Shown here: positions 39,501 through 49,856 of the stretch, piece after piece | Layout of the letters: each line of letters starts with the position of its first letter | Position numbering within the stretch: position 1 is the first letter of the stretch | NCBI GenBank assembly: GCA_036630325.1 | Contig: CP142732.1 | Coordinates: forward strand, 62,001 to 126,000 | DNA from: Vairimorpha necatrix | Lineage: Eukaryota | Length of the DNA: 64,000 nt | Direction: 5' to 3' | Program-made: the position numbers and the translations under genes | Notes under the pieces: generated by a model | What the model was told of the DNA's origin: nothing | What the model saw: only the letters and a program-made list of their open reading frames with translations | The model's database searches: none

Positions 39501-40281
39501 TGACTTCGCTAATATCTCTACGGTAACTATTAAATCTACACCGTGCTACTGTATGGCCTTTCTTTCCGCATATAAAACATCTCTTTTCTTTGTTCCTTTT
39601 AGAAGTCCAAATCTTTCTATCGTGGTCCTTGCAGCTAATCGCTTTTACATCCACAAAATCTCCACGCGAAATTTCTTTATGACGTGCATCATCCACTTCC
39701 AAAACATTCCTTATGGCTTTATATAAGTACTCCCAGGATAATGAGTCTTTGTTATTTATTAAGATCGAGTTTGCTATATTGTTCGGAATTCCTTTTAGTA
39801 CAAAAGCAATTAATACACCTTCCGGAACATTCGCCCTGCGCGCCAATCCCGCCATCTTATCTAGATAGTTGATTAGCGATCTACTTTGATATTGAAGGGC
39901 GGAAAGTTTATCTATACTCACTTTCATCGCCATAGAACCCACAAATCTTTCTTGAAACAAAAATTTCAGCCTTTCAAGTGAAAGACCAATTGGCTGCGCT
40001 ATCAACCAATCCCTCGCTTCATCTTTTAACGACATTCTGAAAAGGAGTACAAGTTCACTCTCACTGTACTCCATCAGCCTCCCCACATCCTGCAAGTCCT
40101 CCAAGAACTGCTGTGGATCATCTTTCTCTTCATTTCTGAAAATGAGAAAGTTCCTGACGTTGTCGCCAAATTGTTGGGATAAAAACATGGGTTTAATTAT
40201 TATAAAATATTTAAAGAAACGACATGTCAAATATGTCAAAACAATGACACCATATATTTGACATGTGTAGCACTTCCTACA
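36581..40281 (-). mobile_element. Ty3/Gypsy element A, 3701 bp, near-intact
   Basis: 110-bp LTRs 36581-36690 and 40172-40281 differing at one base; TSD AATGC (36576-36580, 40282-40286); PBS TGGCGACAACGTCAGG (tRNA-Ser-like); PPT AAGGAGGGGTAG. Confidence 0.97.
36691..40188 (-). CDS. Gag-Pol polyprotein of element A (1165 aa from its own ATG)
   Basis: CCCATG start inside the 5' LTR; CFICGKKGHTVARC; LIDTGA; YMDD; TDAS; HHCC; DDE integrase; stop codon in the PPT. The 63 extra N-terminal residues in the ORF track come from LTR sequence. Confidence 0.92.
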   Translation of the reverse strand: MFLSQQFGDNVRNFLIFRNEEKDDPQQFLEDLQDVGRLMEYSESELVLLFRMSLKDEARDWLIAQPIGLSLERLKFLFQERFVGSMAMKVSIDKLSALQYQSRSLINYLDKMAGLARRANVPEGVLIAFVLKGIPNNIANSILINNKDSLSWEYLYKAIRNVLEVDDARHKEISRGDFVDVKAISCKDHDRKIWTSKRNKEKRCFICGKKGHTVARCRFNSYRRDISEVKKPQEEEGENKKMDVKEFIYNYSVAKVKDDRTTLKEASLNNSEVKFKALIDTGADINLIRPEILPNKTVVNRSKQQLRAANGSKIRIIGETVVKIKIEGMIFEDKFIITRDITIPCIIGQGLLDMYKINLKFGSNKMEIESGLLAKGKAIGYHKIITKHDNPILSQLYKLGGAKEDIASQIVKEYLKRGIVRPSVSAWRSPIIIVPKKNGDHRLCLVYRRLNDATIRDAYPMPRVEEFINALEGVTYFTKLDAESGYHQIDMAPCDIEKTAFACREGLFEFTKMPFGLVNGPATFQRVMNDILREFLFKFVVVYMDDILIYSKTEEDHKRDVQMVLEKLKSVGLKLNKEKCEFNKTELKILGHVISKEGISVDEERVRSIQQLPIPKSKKKLQSLLGLYNYCSKFIKNSHKVVSPLFDIIRLKNEDADIFWKNAENDAKYCKAIEEVKQAMKRTALLTIPNLKDKFILTTDASNEGSGATLAQMVGGKEKIISYYSSLHSKTEKNYSATEQELLAVIKSIQNFREYLLLGKFTLKTDHQALKYLFKSRNVKARLARWSLLLQEYDFDIEYITGPSNHTDHLSRDFKKQEEIVSEISSIQRKIVKKERTIVLLKFYHDLLGHGSKQNMQYNIGRKFTWKNMSRDIENYVDNCEICQKEKPQKKFRDIIPLVTKTIGEIWEVDIVGPLRESEQGYKFLLTMIDHFSKIAEVVPIYTKDMNTVIYLVDKHIVRKYGIPKAILSDNGKEFKNNICEEYAKSKKFIWKYGSPYKPTTTGLVERFNRTIAIKLRKVTEFGKFDWAKCVPKVVRAYMQSYHRAIGCAPIELLAGIVPNKIDIQEGMHLTKDKKEFQKQAIKNLEVYRQEYDTGKKANSVDKEAIKVGDRVWYYLILPFRGKLEPKWEEKGVVVDKKFHSYKVLLDSGKTVTASRNHVKLLKEG

Positions 40282-40477
40282 AATGCTATTCCCATGTGGG
40301 TAATTAGCTGTCCTCTTGTGAGGGGGTAGGTATCTTTGTGTCCTCCCGTAGTTATTCATATTCTCTTGATTGTTCATCTTTTTTTGGTGGGGTAAAATAA
40401 AGAGAAAATATTTATAGTAAAATATTTTCTAGAATATTCGTTTGGTGGGAATATAAAATAAAATAATAATGTGGTAA

Positions 40478-43400
40478 TTAATACCACATACTACCTCCTC
40501 CAGCAGACTTCACGTTCTTTATGTGTGTCCACCCATTTTCTTCGTCCAGCTGTATCCAAAATCCCTTAGGTCCTACTTTCAATATTTTCCTTGGATTTAA
40601 TTCATACTTTGGATCAAACTTGTTTGAGTTAAAATTACGTTTATATACCTTTTCTCCTATAGAGTACTTCCTACTAAATGTCTTATGATGCAAATTGGGT
40701 TCTACTTCTTCTGTTTGGTTGAATGGATCATAGAAGTTCTTCTTGGAGACCACTGATATTGGAGACGTTCCTATCGTCCTGTTATAGTTTATATTTTTAA
40801 CATCCTCTGCTCTTTTAACTACATTTAATATATGTTTAAACTTGTTTAAGGCCATTATAAAAGCTATTGTACTATTTAGCCTTTCAGAGACACCATTACT
40901 ACTGGGCGTGTACTCTGGTACAAGTATTTGTTTTATGTTATTCTCTCTACAGTAGTTATTTAATGCGGTGTTATCAAACTGCTTTCCGATGTCGGAAATA
41001 ACGTATTTAGGTGTAATATATTCTTCTTTCCATTTATTTAAGCATTGTATTACATCTGATGCTTTGATCCTCTCAAAGAAATATAACTTAGTAAACCTTG
41101 AATATATATCAGTTATAGATAATATATGCCCTGTCTCTTTCACACAATCATTTTTATAATCAGAAACGTTAAATGGACCAAAAATGTCCATTGAAATTCT
41201 CCCAAATTTTTGTTGTGCGACGATTTTATTTTCTATATTATGCTTATATCTGATCTTCTTTAGTCTGTAACACATTCCACAACTTTTAGTTACATCTTTT
41301 ATTAATTTAACCATGTTTCTTATATTAACATAATTTTTTAAATTGTTGTACATGGTGGTAATTCCTCTATGTCCGGATAATTTATGTATCTGTTCTAAAA
41401 AATACCGCATCTTATTTTGCTTTATAATTACTCTTTTATTTTTATCAACCTTCATCTTTCCGGTATGGGTTTTTACAGAGCATTTATTAATTAAATTATC
41501 ATACTCATTTTTAATGTTTGAGTCTTCGATGTATAAGCACCGAGATAAGCTATCGGCTATTACGTTTTTATTTCCGTCTATATGAACTATTATATGATTA
41601 AATTCATTCATTAACAATTTCCATCGTTCCAACCTTGATGTTTTCTTTTGATTATTATGTATACAATTTCTACTATCGGAGTGTATCTCCGTATAACAAC
41701 CTTGAATATTGTTTTTAAAATGTATTTAAGCTAGGACTATTGATAAGTATTCCTTTTCAACAATGGTGTAATTTAGTTCAGACCCATTGAGTTTCTTTGA
41801 ATAGTATCCTATCACTCTATCATTTTGTTTCAAAACTGCACCAATCCCCAAATCTGAGGCATAACATTCCAATATAAATTTTTTGGTATAGTCCGGGAAA
41901 GACAATCTAGCTCCATTTGTTATATCTTTTATAACGTCATTGATAATTATTTTTAACTTATCGTTTAAGCGAATCTTTTTGTTATCTAACTTTAACAAAT
42001 TACTAATCTCATGAATTCTTGTTGATAAATTTGGTACGAACTTCCTGTGCCAATTTATAACTCCCATTAACTTCTGTACATCTTTTCTGGTAGATATCTC
42101 TTTTGTAAATATTTTATTTTCTAAACTTTTAAGATTTGGATAAATCCCATTTTTATCTATTCTATAACCTAAAACATTAATTTCTTCTTGAAAAAACTTG
42201 CATTTATCAAAATTTATCTTTACACTTTTATCGTGTAGCTTGTCTAATACACTTCCTAAAATCTTAAAGTGTTCTTCTTTTGACTTAGTATAAATAACTA
42301 TATCATCTATGTACACAAAACAATTTGGTGTGTCACTTAATATCTCCGAAATATATCGCTGAAATATTTTAGGTCCTGGTTTTATTCCAAACGGAATTCT
42401 TTTATATTGATACTGCCGTCCCAATAACATAAATGACGTATATTTTTTGCTTTCATTACTTATCTGAATTTGGTTAAAACCGTTCTGAAGATCGAGTTGA
42501 CTGAAATAATTGTTTTCACCCATTATTCTTAAACAGTCGTCTATTTTAGGTAATATCCACGGATCATCTTCAATATGTTCATTAATTTTTTTATAGTCTA
42601 CTACTAATCTAAGATCGTTATTTTTTTTCTTAAGGAAAAAGGCTGGGCTGGAAAAGGGAGAGTTACTTAATTCGATTATATCCTCTCTAAGTAATCTAAA
42701 AATCTCGGCCTTTCCTTGTTCGTAATATTTTTTTGGTACACAATATCCTTGTGACTGAATTACTTTCATAGAATTTTTTATGGTAAATGTAACAGGTACT
42801 GACTGCATACTTTTAAAGTTAGAATTCTTTAGCATATAATCCTTAATTTTTTTATTTAAAAGCTCTTTCGCAACCTGAGTCACGAAGCAAATTTTTTCAC
42901 TTAAGCGTTCATCTAATATCTCATCAGTTGTTTTATCACAACCTAGTAACTTGATCACCTTATTTTCAATAGTTAACGTTCTTTTACCATAATTGATTAT
43001 GCAATTATTGCTTTCAAAGAATTTGAGACCCAGAATCAGCTTTACTGGTAAATTTTTTAAAACATAAAATTCAACAATATACTCATCTTTGTCAATGGTT
43101 ATGGTTCCCCTTACTAGCTTTGATGTTACTTCTACCTCACCATTCCCAAATGAAACCTGAATTGGTTTAGTCTCTTCCTGTTTCAGGTTTAAGTTTAACA
43201 CCTGCTTTTCTGTGATGAAATTCTCATCTGATCCATTATCTAGCGTAAACACTTCTAGACCACCAGCAATAGTGGCTTCAAGTTCAAGTTTCCTCGATCC
43301 GGTGATTTTAGTTTCATTAATAACAAAAGATTTTCTTTCGTTCTCTACATTCTTCTTTTTTATTTCTTTCGATCTTAAGAAACAATCTCTTGTGTTATGA

Positions 43401-44335
43401 GATTTGATCTGGTGTATAGAGCACCATTTGTTATTCTTTATCAGGGTATTTGGCACTTCCTGATTATTATGATAATTTCTCATCTTGTCATTGGGGCTTA
43501 CGCTCATGTTGGCTAGCGTTCCCTGCAAAATAATGTTTTCTTCTAGTCCTTTTAGATATCTAACTACTTCAACGGTTGGGCGGTTGTCTAATCTCTGTTT
43601 AAAAATTTCAATCGCTGTAAAATTTCCTAGTCCTCTATTAAAGGCTTCATTGAGTCTATTTTCAGAGTCTTTCTTATTTAAGCCATTCATAATACCATAT
43701 AATTCAATAATACTCGACACTTCATTATAATAGTCGACTATATGCTTATATTGAACCTGTTTTATGGTTTCCAACTTTAATAAAACTAACCTGGCTTCGC
43801 TTTTAGGATAAATTACTTCAATTAACTCTTCTCTCAGTTTCTTATAGCTATTTCTTGTAAAGCTATCCTCAATTCTATCATCGTCAATTAAAGAATGGTA
43901 AATTATACCCATCTGTTCATCTGTCCACTCATTGGCATTAGCCAATGCCTCAAACTTCTCCATATGCTTTAAATCACAGTCTTTTTTGATGTCTTTAATT
44001 TTATATATTTTTTCTTGGATTCTAATAGAAGTTCCAATCATTTTCTTCTCAAAGGTCACACTTTCCTTTGGAACAATCACTTCACTTAATAGTACTTGTC
44101 TTTTTTTTATAGTAAGTGAATCTCTAACACTTAATGAATTCATTGTGGTGTTTCCACCAGGGAGATGGCCATAATGTAAATAGCATTCAAGAATGCTTCT
44201 CCCTGCACCTAAATTAGTTTTAGTAAAATGGTTTTTATTAATGCTATTCCCATGTGGGTAATTAGCTGTCCTCTTGTGAGGGGGTAGGTATCTTTGTGTC
44301 CTCCCGTAGTTATTCATATTCTCTTGATTGTTCAT
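40478..44335 (-). pseudogene. gag-pol of element B with one in-frame TAA (41726-41728)
   Basis: ORFs 41726-44335 and 40478-41632 are in the same frame, separated by one stop; CSIHQIKSHNTRDC knuckle; LDNGS protease; YIDD; RNase H CYAS (catalytic Asp apparently replaced); integrase HHCC and DDE. Confidence 0.9.
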
Positions 44336-45599
44336 CTTTTTTTGGTGGGGTAAAATAAAGAGAAAATATTTATAGTAAAATATTTTCTAGAATATTCGTT
44401 TGGAAGGAATATAAAATAAAATAATAATGTGGTAATTAATACCACATATTATAAAAGTAGATTTTTGAAGAAAATCTCTTTTTATAATAACCCAAAAATT
44501 GAAAAAAATTGAAAAAATAAGAAGGGCAAAAAAGATACAACACTTTAAATGATTATTATAACTACATTAAAAATTAATTTTTGTATACAAGCATATATTT
44601 ATTTGTTATTTTTAATGCCATAAGTGCTTAGTAATTTTTGTCTCTTCTTTGCTCCTCCTTTATTTTGCACTTCAATTTTGGGGTTCGAAAAAATAAAGTG
44701 AACACCCTCTGAGGGGGGGGGTTTCGGATCCTTCCTCCCCCTCTGCTTCCACAAACTGGATTCTACTTCCGCCATCTCCACCCTGTAACAAATTCTTCTA
44801 GCTTTCTTTAATAGCTTTTTGGCCTCTAGACCACAGTCCACACTTGTAAACTGACGATTTGGTATCGCCCCCATGTCTTTATTTATCATAATAGGGGATA
44901 GAAATTAGACAAATATATCACAAATATTAAGAAATGTCAAATATGTTTTAACCCAAGATCTCCTAAGACATTATTAATTTTGTAGAATATGTTTTTAATG
45001 CAATGGAAATAAACTGAATTAAGTAGAAGATTTTAAAAAATAATGATTAAGTTATAAATCAAAGTATTCATTATATAAGAAGCCTTCCTTATGTTAAACT
45101 ATATGTATGTTGCATGATTTGATTCTTTATTCTAGTTAATTGTTTTTTTCATGATTAAATATTGATAAATAAACATTCAAAAAAATTAAAGGGCGTTAAT
45201 TCTATCAATAGGTGATCTAATACTTTTATAAATACAATATAAAAAGTAAACAATTGAACTTAATTTGTTTTGATCTACCATAAAAAATAAAATGAATAGA
45301 TATTCAAACTAAAATATGCGTTTCTACAATTTTTAGCAATGTAGCGTACTAAATAGATGTATCATATGTCATAAAGTATTCTTATTTTATAAATTAATTA
45401 TTCATATGGACATTTTTCTAAAAAAGCCATTTGTATTTGCAAAATTATTCAACTCTGATCATTTATTTATATGAATGATTTCTCCTTGTAGTTATTCTAC
45501 TTCATATAAACCGAAAATATTTTATTGCTGAAAAAATATTACGTAACAATCTATTACAATTGCCAATTAAATATAGTTTCTTCGTACTGATTATGTAGT

Positions 45600-46880
45600 G
45601 GCGCAACGGTCTAAGGCCGTACTTTTTTTCTCTCTAAAGGACCCTCTTGAGAAAAAAACAAAAAAAAACTAAAATCAGTATATTCTAAGCAACTTTACAA
45701 AATATGTCATGCGATAACCCTACGCTGCCCATCAGAATTCCGAACCCCAAAAAATTCTGACATGTGTTCGAAGACAGCCCAACGTTTGACCATTTTTAGT
45801 ATACAAAAATTTGAGGTAAATAAGAGTTCTACACATATCTCTACAGCTTTTGTCCGCTTTTTATTTTACTCAAAAATGTGATTTTGTTGATTAATATATT
45901 TTTAAAAAGTGCTCAAGCGAATTGCCCCATGAAAGGTGCAATGAATATTAAACTATTTGTAATAAAAAATAATATTAAAAAAATCTGACCTATATTGTCT
46001 TGAGACAATTCGACAAAAAAATAATGTAAAATTACCTGTAACCGTATGTTTCTTATAAATTGCACATCTTCTCTGGAATTTAAATTCATACGAACAAAAA
46101 CAGGGATCGCACATTCTTAAATCTCTTTCTAGATATAATATACAATTTATGATGTGACAGGCATCTTCTGTCCTATTGTTGGTCTTCTACTTCGTCTATA
46201 AAGCCTTCCTCATAATGACAACGCGATGTTCGCTGTTGATTGATTCTACTGTTTTGTGATAAGGTTATGCTCGTCAAATATACAATCATTTTGTTTTTTC
46301 CCTTTTTCTCTAAATCTGTCATTGTAAATTTGTTCCTTTGTACTATTTAGTTCACAATAATTACGTCGCTCGTCTATTTTCCCACACAACCAAGAATAGT
46401 TTACAACTGTAACATATATTTCCGCAATAATTTTACAAATTCCCACTTTACAATTCTTGTTAAATCAATCCGTGTCAATTCTTCTTACCATCCTATTTTT
46501 AATGATGTTTGAGATTTTCCTTTCTCAGTGCTTAGTAATTTATTTTTTTCGCTCTTCAGACACTGAAGCTACAACAAGATTTTTGTTTTGGTTTTATTTT
46601 GACGAGGTTCAGTAACAGCATAAAGAATATACAAAAATTATGTATAGTTATTCGACAAAGAAAATACGTTTCAATAAAAAACTTCTGCTGATTTCACATC
46701 TCGATTTCAATACATTTTTACGTAGCAGTAAATATGCGAATTATCCGGCGAGAATACCTTTTCCCCAAATAATTTCTAATATTTCGCTTTTTTAAAAATT
46801 TTCATCTACAGTTTAACCTATTGCCTAATATATGCCTAAACTGTTCCCCTACTGTCGAGAGGCTTCAGACATATTTTTTT
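45600..46880 (-). mobile_element. Highly degenerate relative of the Merlin-like element at 22332-23513
   Basis: End GGCGCAACGGTCTAAGGCCGTACTTTTTTT matches 22332; colinear internal similarity (TTTTCTCAGTGCTT, AAGAATATA..TATGTATAG). Confidence 0.6.
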
Positions 46881-48394
46881 ACCTTTGCAAGTAAGAAATA
46901 GCGAGAAACTTTACAATGGACCATGGGATTGGGTGAATCTTTATTCAACTGGTACTGTGAGATTCTTACTCACTAAAACTCCCACCATACAACTTGACGG
47001 CGCAGCAAGCTCCACCGTATCCATTGTACTATGGCTCTAGGATAAACACTTTCCATTTATACCTCAGATCGCGTCCGAGGTATCTCACAGCGGATTTGCT
47101 TAACGGACATGGTTATCTATAACCCTTGGAGAGACATCATTGTATTAACTCAAAAGACCCTACAATCATCTGTATCGCATACACGACCACATCACCAGCC
47201 CGGCATTTTATTGAGATGCGTTAACCATGAGTTTTTCATTAGTTTCTGCTATCGTGTTGCAGAATCTTGTAGAATGGGAACCACGAGACCTTATATTGTC
47301 CTACTTCGTCTAGTCTCTGTCACTTCCAGAAGATTGGTCTTATTCTCTAACAATTCTTTTTTACTCAACCCATCAGATTAAAATGTCTCTTTTTTACTTA
47401 ACTTAGATTATCTAATTTAACGATATGTGAATCTTTTTTGACTTTCAACTATAACTCATAATTTCAAGTCCCCCTTCAATTATATTGCAAATTCTTCAAG
47501 GTTTTTGTTTTTTCGGCAGTCTTATAACGTGTATTTTCGAATTGCTACCTATGACATTTCTAAAATCAGCTTGAATAACTTCATTTGGGGTATTCTCTAC
47601 CATGAGAATGCCAATTTTATTGTCCACTGACCATACTGGAATACATTTGATATTTACTCGATAATATTTTTATATTTCAAAATGGCTTCAAAAATTATAC
47701 CTCAAATTTGTCTTTTTCATACTTTAAAAGCCATATATTGTCGTTTTATATAGCTTTCTATCCTACAATTCTCTATTGAAGCTCTATAACTATCTTTTAA
47801 AATCAATATTATGTTGTCTGCGTGTTCTAACTCTGCACTAAAATTCTCTTATATTTCAGTCATGATCTCGTATGATTTTCTTCCCTGCATATAATTTATT
47901 AGAAATCTAACAATTCCGAAAACTCTTAAATTATCTAGATTTAAACTCACAATCTTTTGTAAAATAATTACGGCAACAATAATAACTTTTTTTCTTCTAT
48001 ATACTCAATCGAATCCACGCCCATCTTTTCTAAATGTATTCATTACTCATAATCTAACTGCACACTTGTCTTTCTTTATACAAATGACAAATTCGCCTCT
48101 TTAAATTACCTTATAATCTCCACCCAAATTCCTGCCTAATAATATTTTTTCTAGCTCGTAATAAACAATTGTCTAGCATCTGAGGCATAAATTAGATGGC
48201 AATTATATATTAACTCTTATCTTTCTTTATCAAATAGCATCTTCCCTTATCCATTGCCAAATAGCTAAATTTAGTTCTCTATTTTGTTTCTCCTTTCTAG
48301 CGTTATCTTCGTATTTTTTTCTGCTGACTCGTCGTAAAAATGCCACATATACAATTAACGATCCCTATTCAGGCTTTCTATATCCAAACATAAT

Positions 48395-48743
48395 TGTGGT
48401 ATAATGGATTATACCACATTTTTTATAATTAACCAATGGAAACTAAAACGCTGATCCTTCGCCGGAACGATATATGATGGGCAACTATTATTGATTAGTT
48501 ATATTACATTTGCTTCTATTGGTTACTCTAACTATAAATAAAGAAACTTCATCATCGACATGGTACATCACTCGAACACTAACAAACACTCTTCCTTCTA
48601 TAATTCAGATAAGCCAAACACTTTTTATAACAATAAACAATTTTTTCCTTTAAACTACCTAAATTCCGGGGTTCACAGCACTCCAAACCGTAGCATCATT
48701 GAATGCTTCCTTGCCACAGGCAAGCTCCCCGGTATACACGCCA
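48395..48743 (+). repeat. Solo LTR (349 bp), hairpin/Gag-in-LTR type
   Basis: Perfect TSD ATAAT (48390-48394, 48744-48748); starts TGTGGTATAATGGATTATACCACA and ends CACGCCA; encodes RSIIECFLATGKLPG, like RSILECYLHYGHLPG in element B. Confidence 0.88.
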
Positions 48744-48932
48744 ATAATAACACTTCTGAATTTTCTTTCATGTCTTTTTACTCAAGCATTCTGAAAGACC
48801 GACATATTGCTACTCTCTACTAATGCCTTCTAATCTGTTTCTTTACTAAATTTTTTCTCTAAGTTCATATTAAATGCTTAACGCCAGAAAATGCGCGTAT
48901 ATTTCTTTCTCGATATACCATACTCACATCCT

Positions 48933-49850
48933 TGGCCGTAAACTTTTCAACCCCCCTAATTGTATCTCTTTTTTTGTTCTTCTATGTTTTACAGTCTGGA
49001 GAATGGGACCGTAAAGCAGAGAAAAGCAAGAATTTGTAACTTTTATGTTTTGAAAAAAAAGATCCCCAAAGATGAAAAATGACAAAGGAATTTTTTACAA
49101 TTTTAGATATTATTTGTTTTCTAGTCTTGGATGAGGTAAATACTACATGATAGAGACTGTAATTATGAATTTTGCAAGATGATGTATTTCTTGTGATTAT
49201 GTTGTAGCAAAGCTTGCATTATTTTTGAATGTGAATCAAAGATTAGTATATAGATGCATGAACGAGAACGTAGGGCAAACAACGGCCTTATACCTAGCAT
49301 CAAGTTATTATTTAATTTATCTTTTTGTTAAGTTTTTGATCCTTTGCAAAAGCAAATATAAATTGATCATAAGTTTCACGGGGATGTCAAATGAACCTAT
49401 TTCTAAAATACGCCTTAATGAAAGGAATATATTAGAAGTAAATCGGAATAAGAATGCAAAATCGACGAAGCTGAAGTTAAAATTTAGGTGATTAACTGTA
49501 TTGTGCAGGCGGGAACTATCAGTTTGATCGTTAACTGTTGATTGAGCAAAATATACTGTATAATTTTAGTATTGTTAGAAGCAGCGAAAAGAGATATTTT
49601 TATATCGAAAAGTTCCTAGTCGGAAGATAAATACTCTAAAAAGGATAATAGAAGATAAAAGTTTATTGGAAAATGTTATTATTTCTGATGGCCATATTTT
49701 TTCCGGTGTCACTACAAATCTTAATCTTAAACACATTATTGTAAATCCTATGATAGGATTTACTAATTAAGATGGAACTTTCACAAATAACCTTGAACTT
49801 GTATGTCTAGTATATAACCAGAAATGACTAAACTGCACTTATTAAAGCAC
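48933..49850 (+). mobile_element. Possible degenerate Merlin transposase remnant
   Basis: About 49670-49810 reads IISDGH..HIIVNP..GFTN.DGTFTNNLE, resembling the Merlin C-terminus; boundaries uncertain. Confidence 0.45.
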
Positions 49851-49856
49851 GTGAAT

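Larger units (their letters stand above)
36480..44446 (-). mobile_element. Ty3/Gypsy element B (palindromic-PBS lineage); its 3' LTR is split by element A
   Basis: 5' LTR 44144-44446 (303 bp); 3' LTR 36480-36580 plus 40287-40488 with about 3 mismatches; perfect TSD TATTA (36475-36479, 44447-44451); PPT 40489-40503. Confidence 0.95.
35927..44738. mobile_element. Non-autonomous Merlin-related TIR element G, inserted in gag of E and hosting B and A
   Basis: Inverted repeats about 35927-36075 and 44600-44738 share CGAACCCCAAAATTGAAGTGCAAAA with the TIR of 13594-14858; degenerate TSD ACCCTTGC/CCCTCTGC; a third TIR-like copy at about 36165-36260. Confidence 0.75.
32634..44922 (-). mobile_element. 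Ty3/Gypsy element E, old and degenerate, outermost layer of the nest (own sequence 32634-34662, 34967-35926, 44739-44922)
   Basis: Diverged LTRs 32634-32680 and 44874-44922; perfect TSD AATAT (32629-32633, 44923-44927); PBS TGGGGGCGATACC; PPT 32681-32689; RT YMDD, RNase H and integrase fragments homologous to element F. Confidence 0.9.

Noticed and set aside
40189-40377. N-terminal 63 aa of the 1228-aa ORF as the native Gag start of element A
   Set aside because: It derives from the B 3' LTR and the A LTR; A has its own CCCATG at 40188.
44320-44345. Tf1-type self-priming between the transcript 5' end and the site after the LTR
   Set aside because: Only about 5 bp of complementarity (ATGAA/TTCAT) is visible near the presumed start; too weak, though not excluded without a mapped start site.
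46880-48330. Slightly GC-richer, coding-like stretch, possibly a retroelement relic
   Set aside because: No diagnostic motif could be read with confidence.
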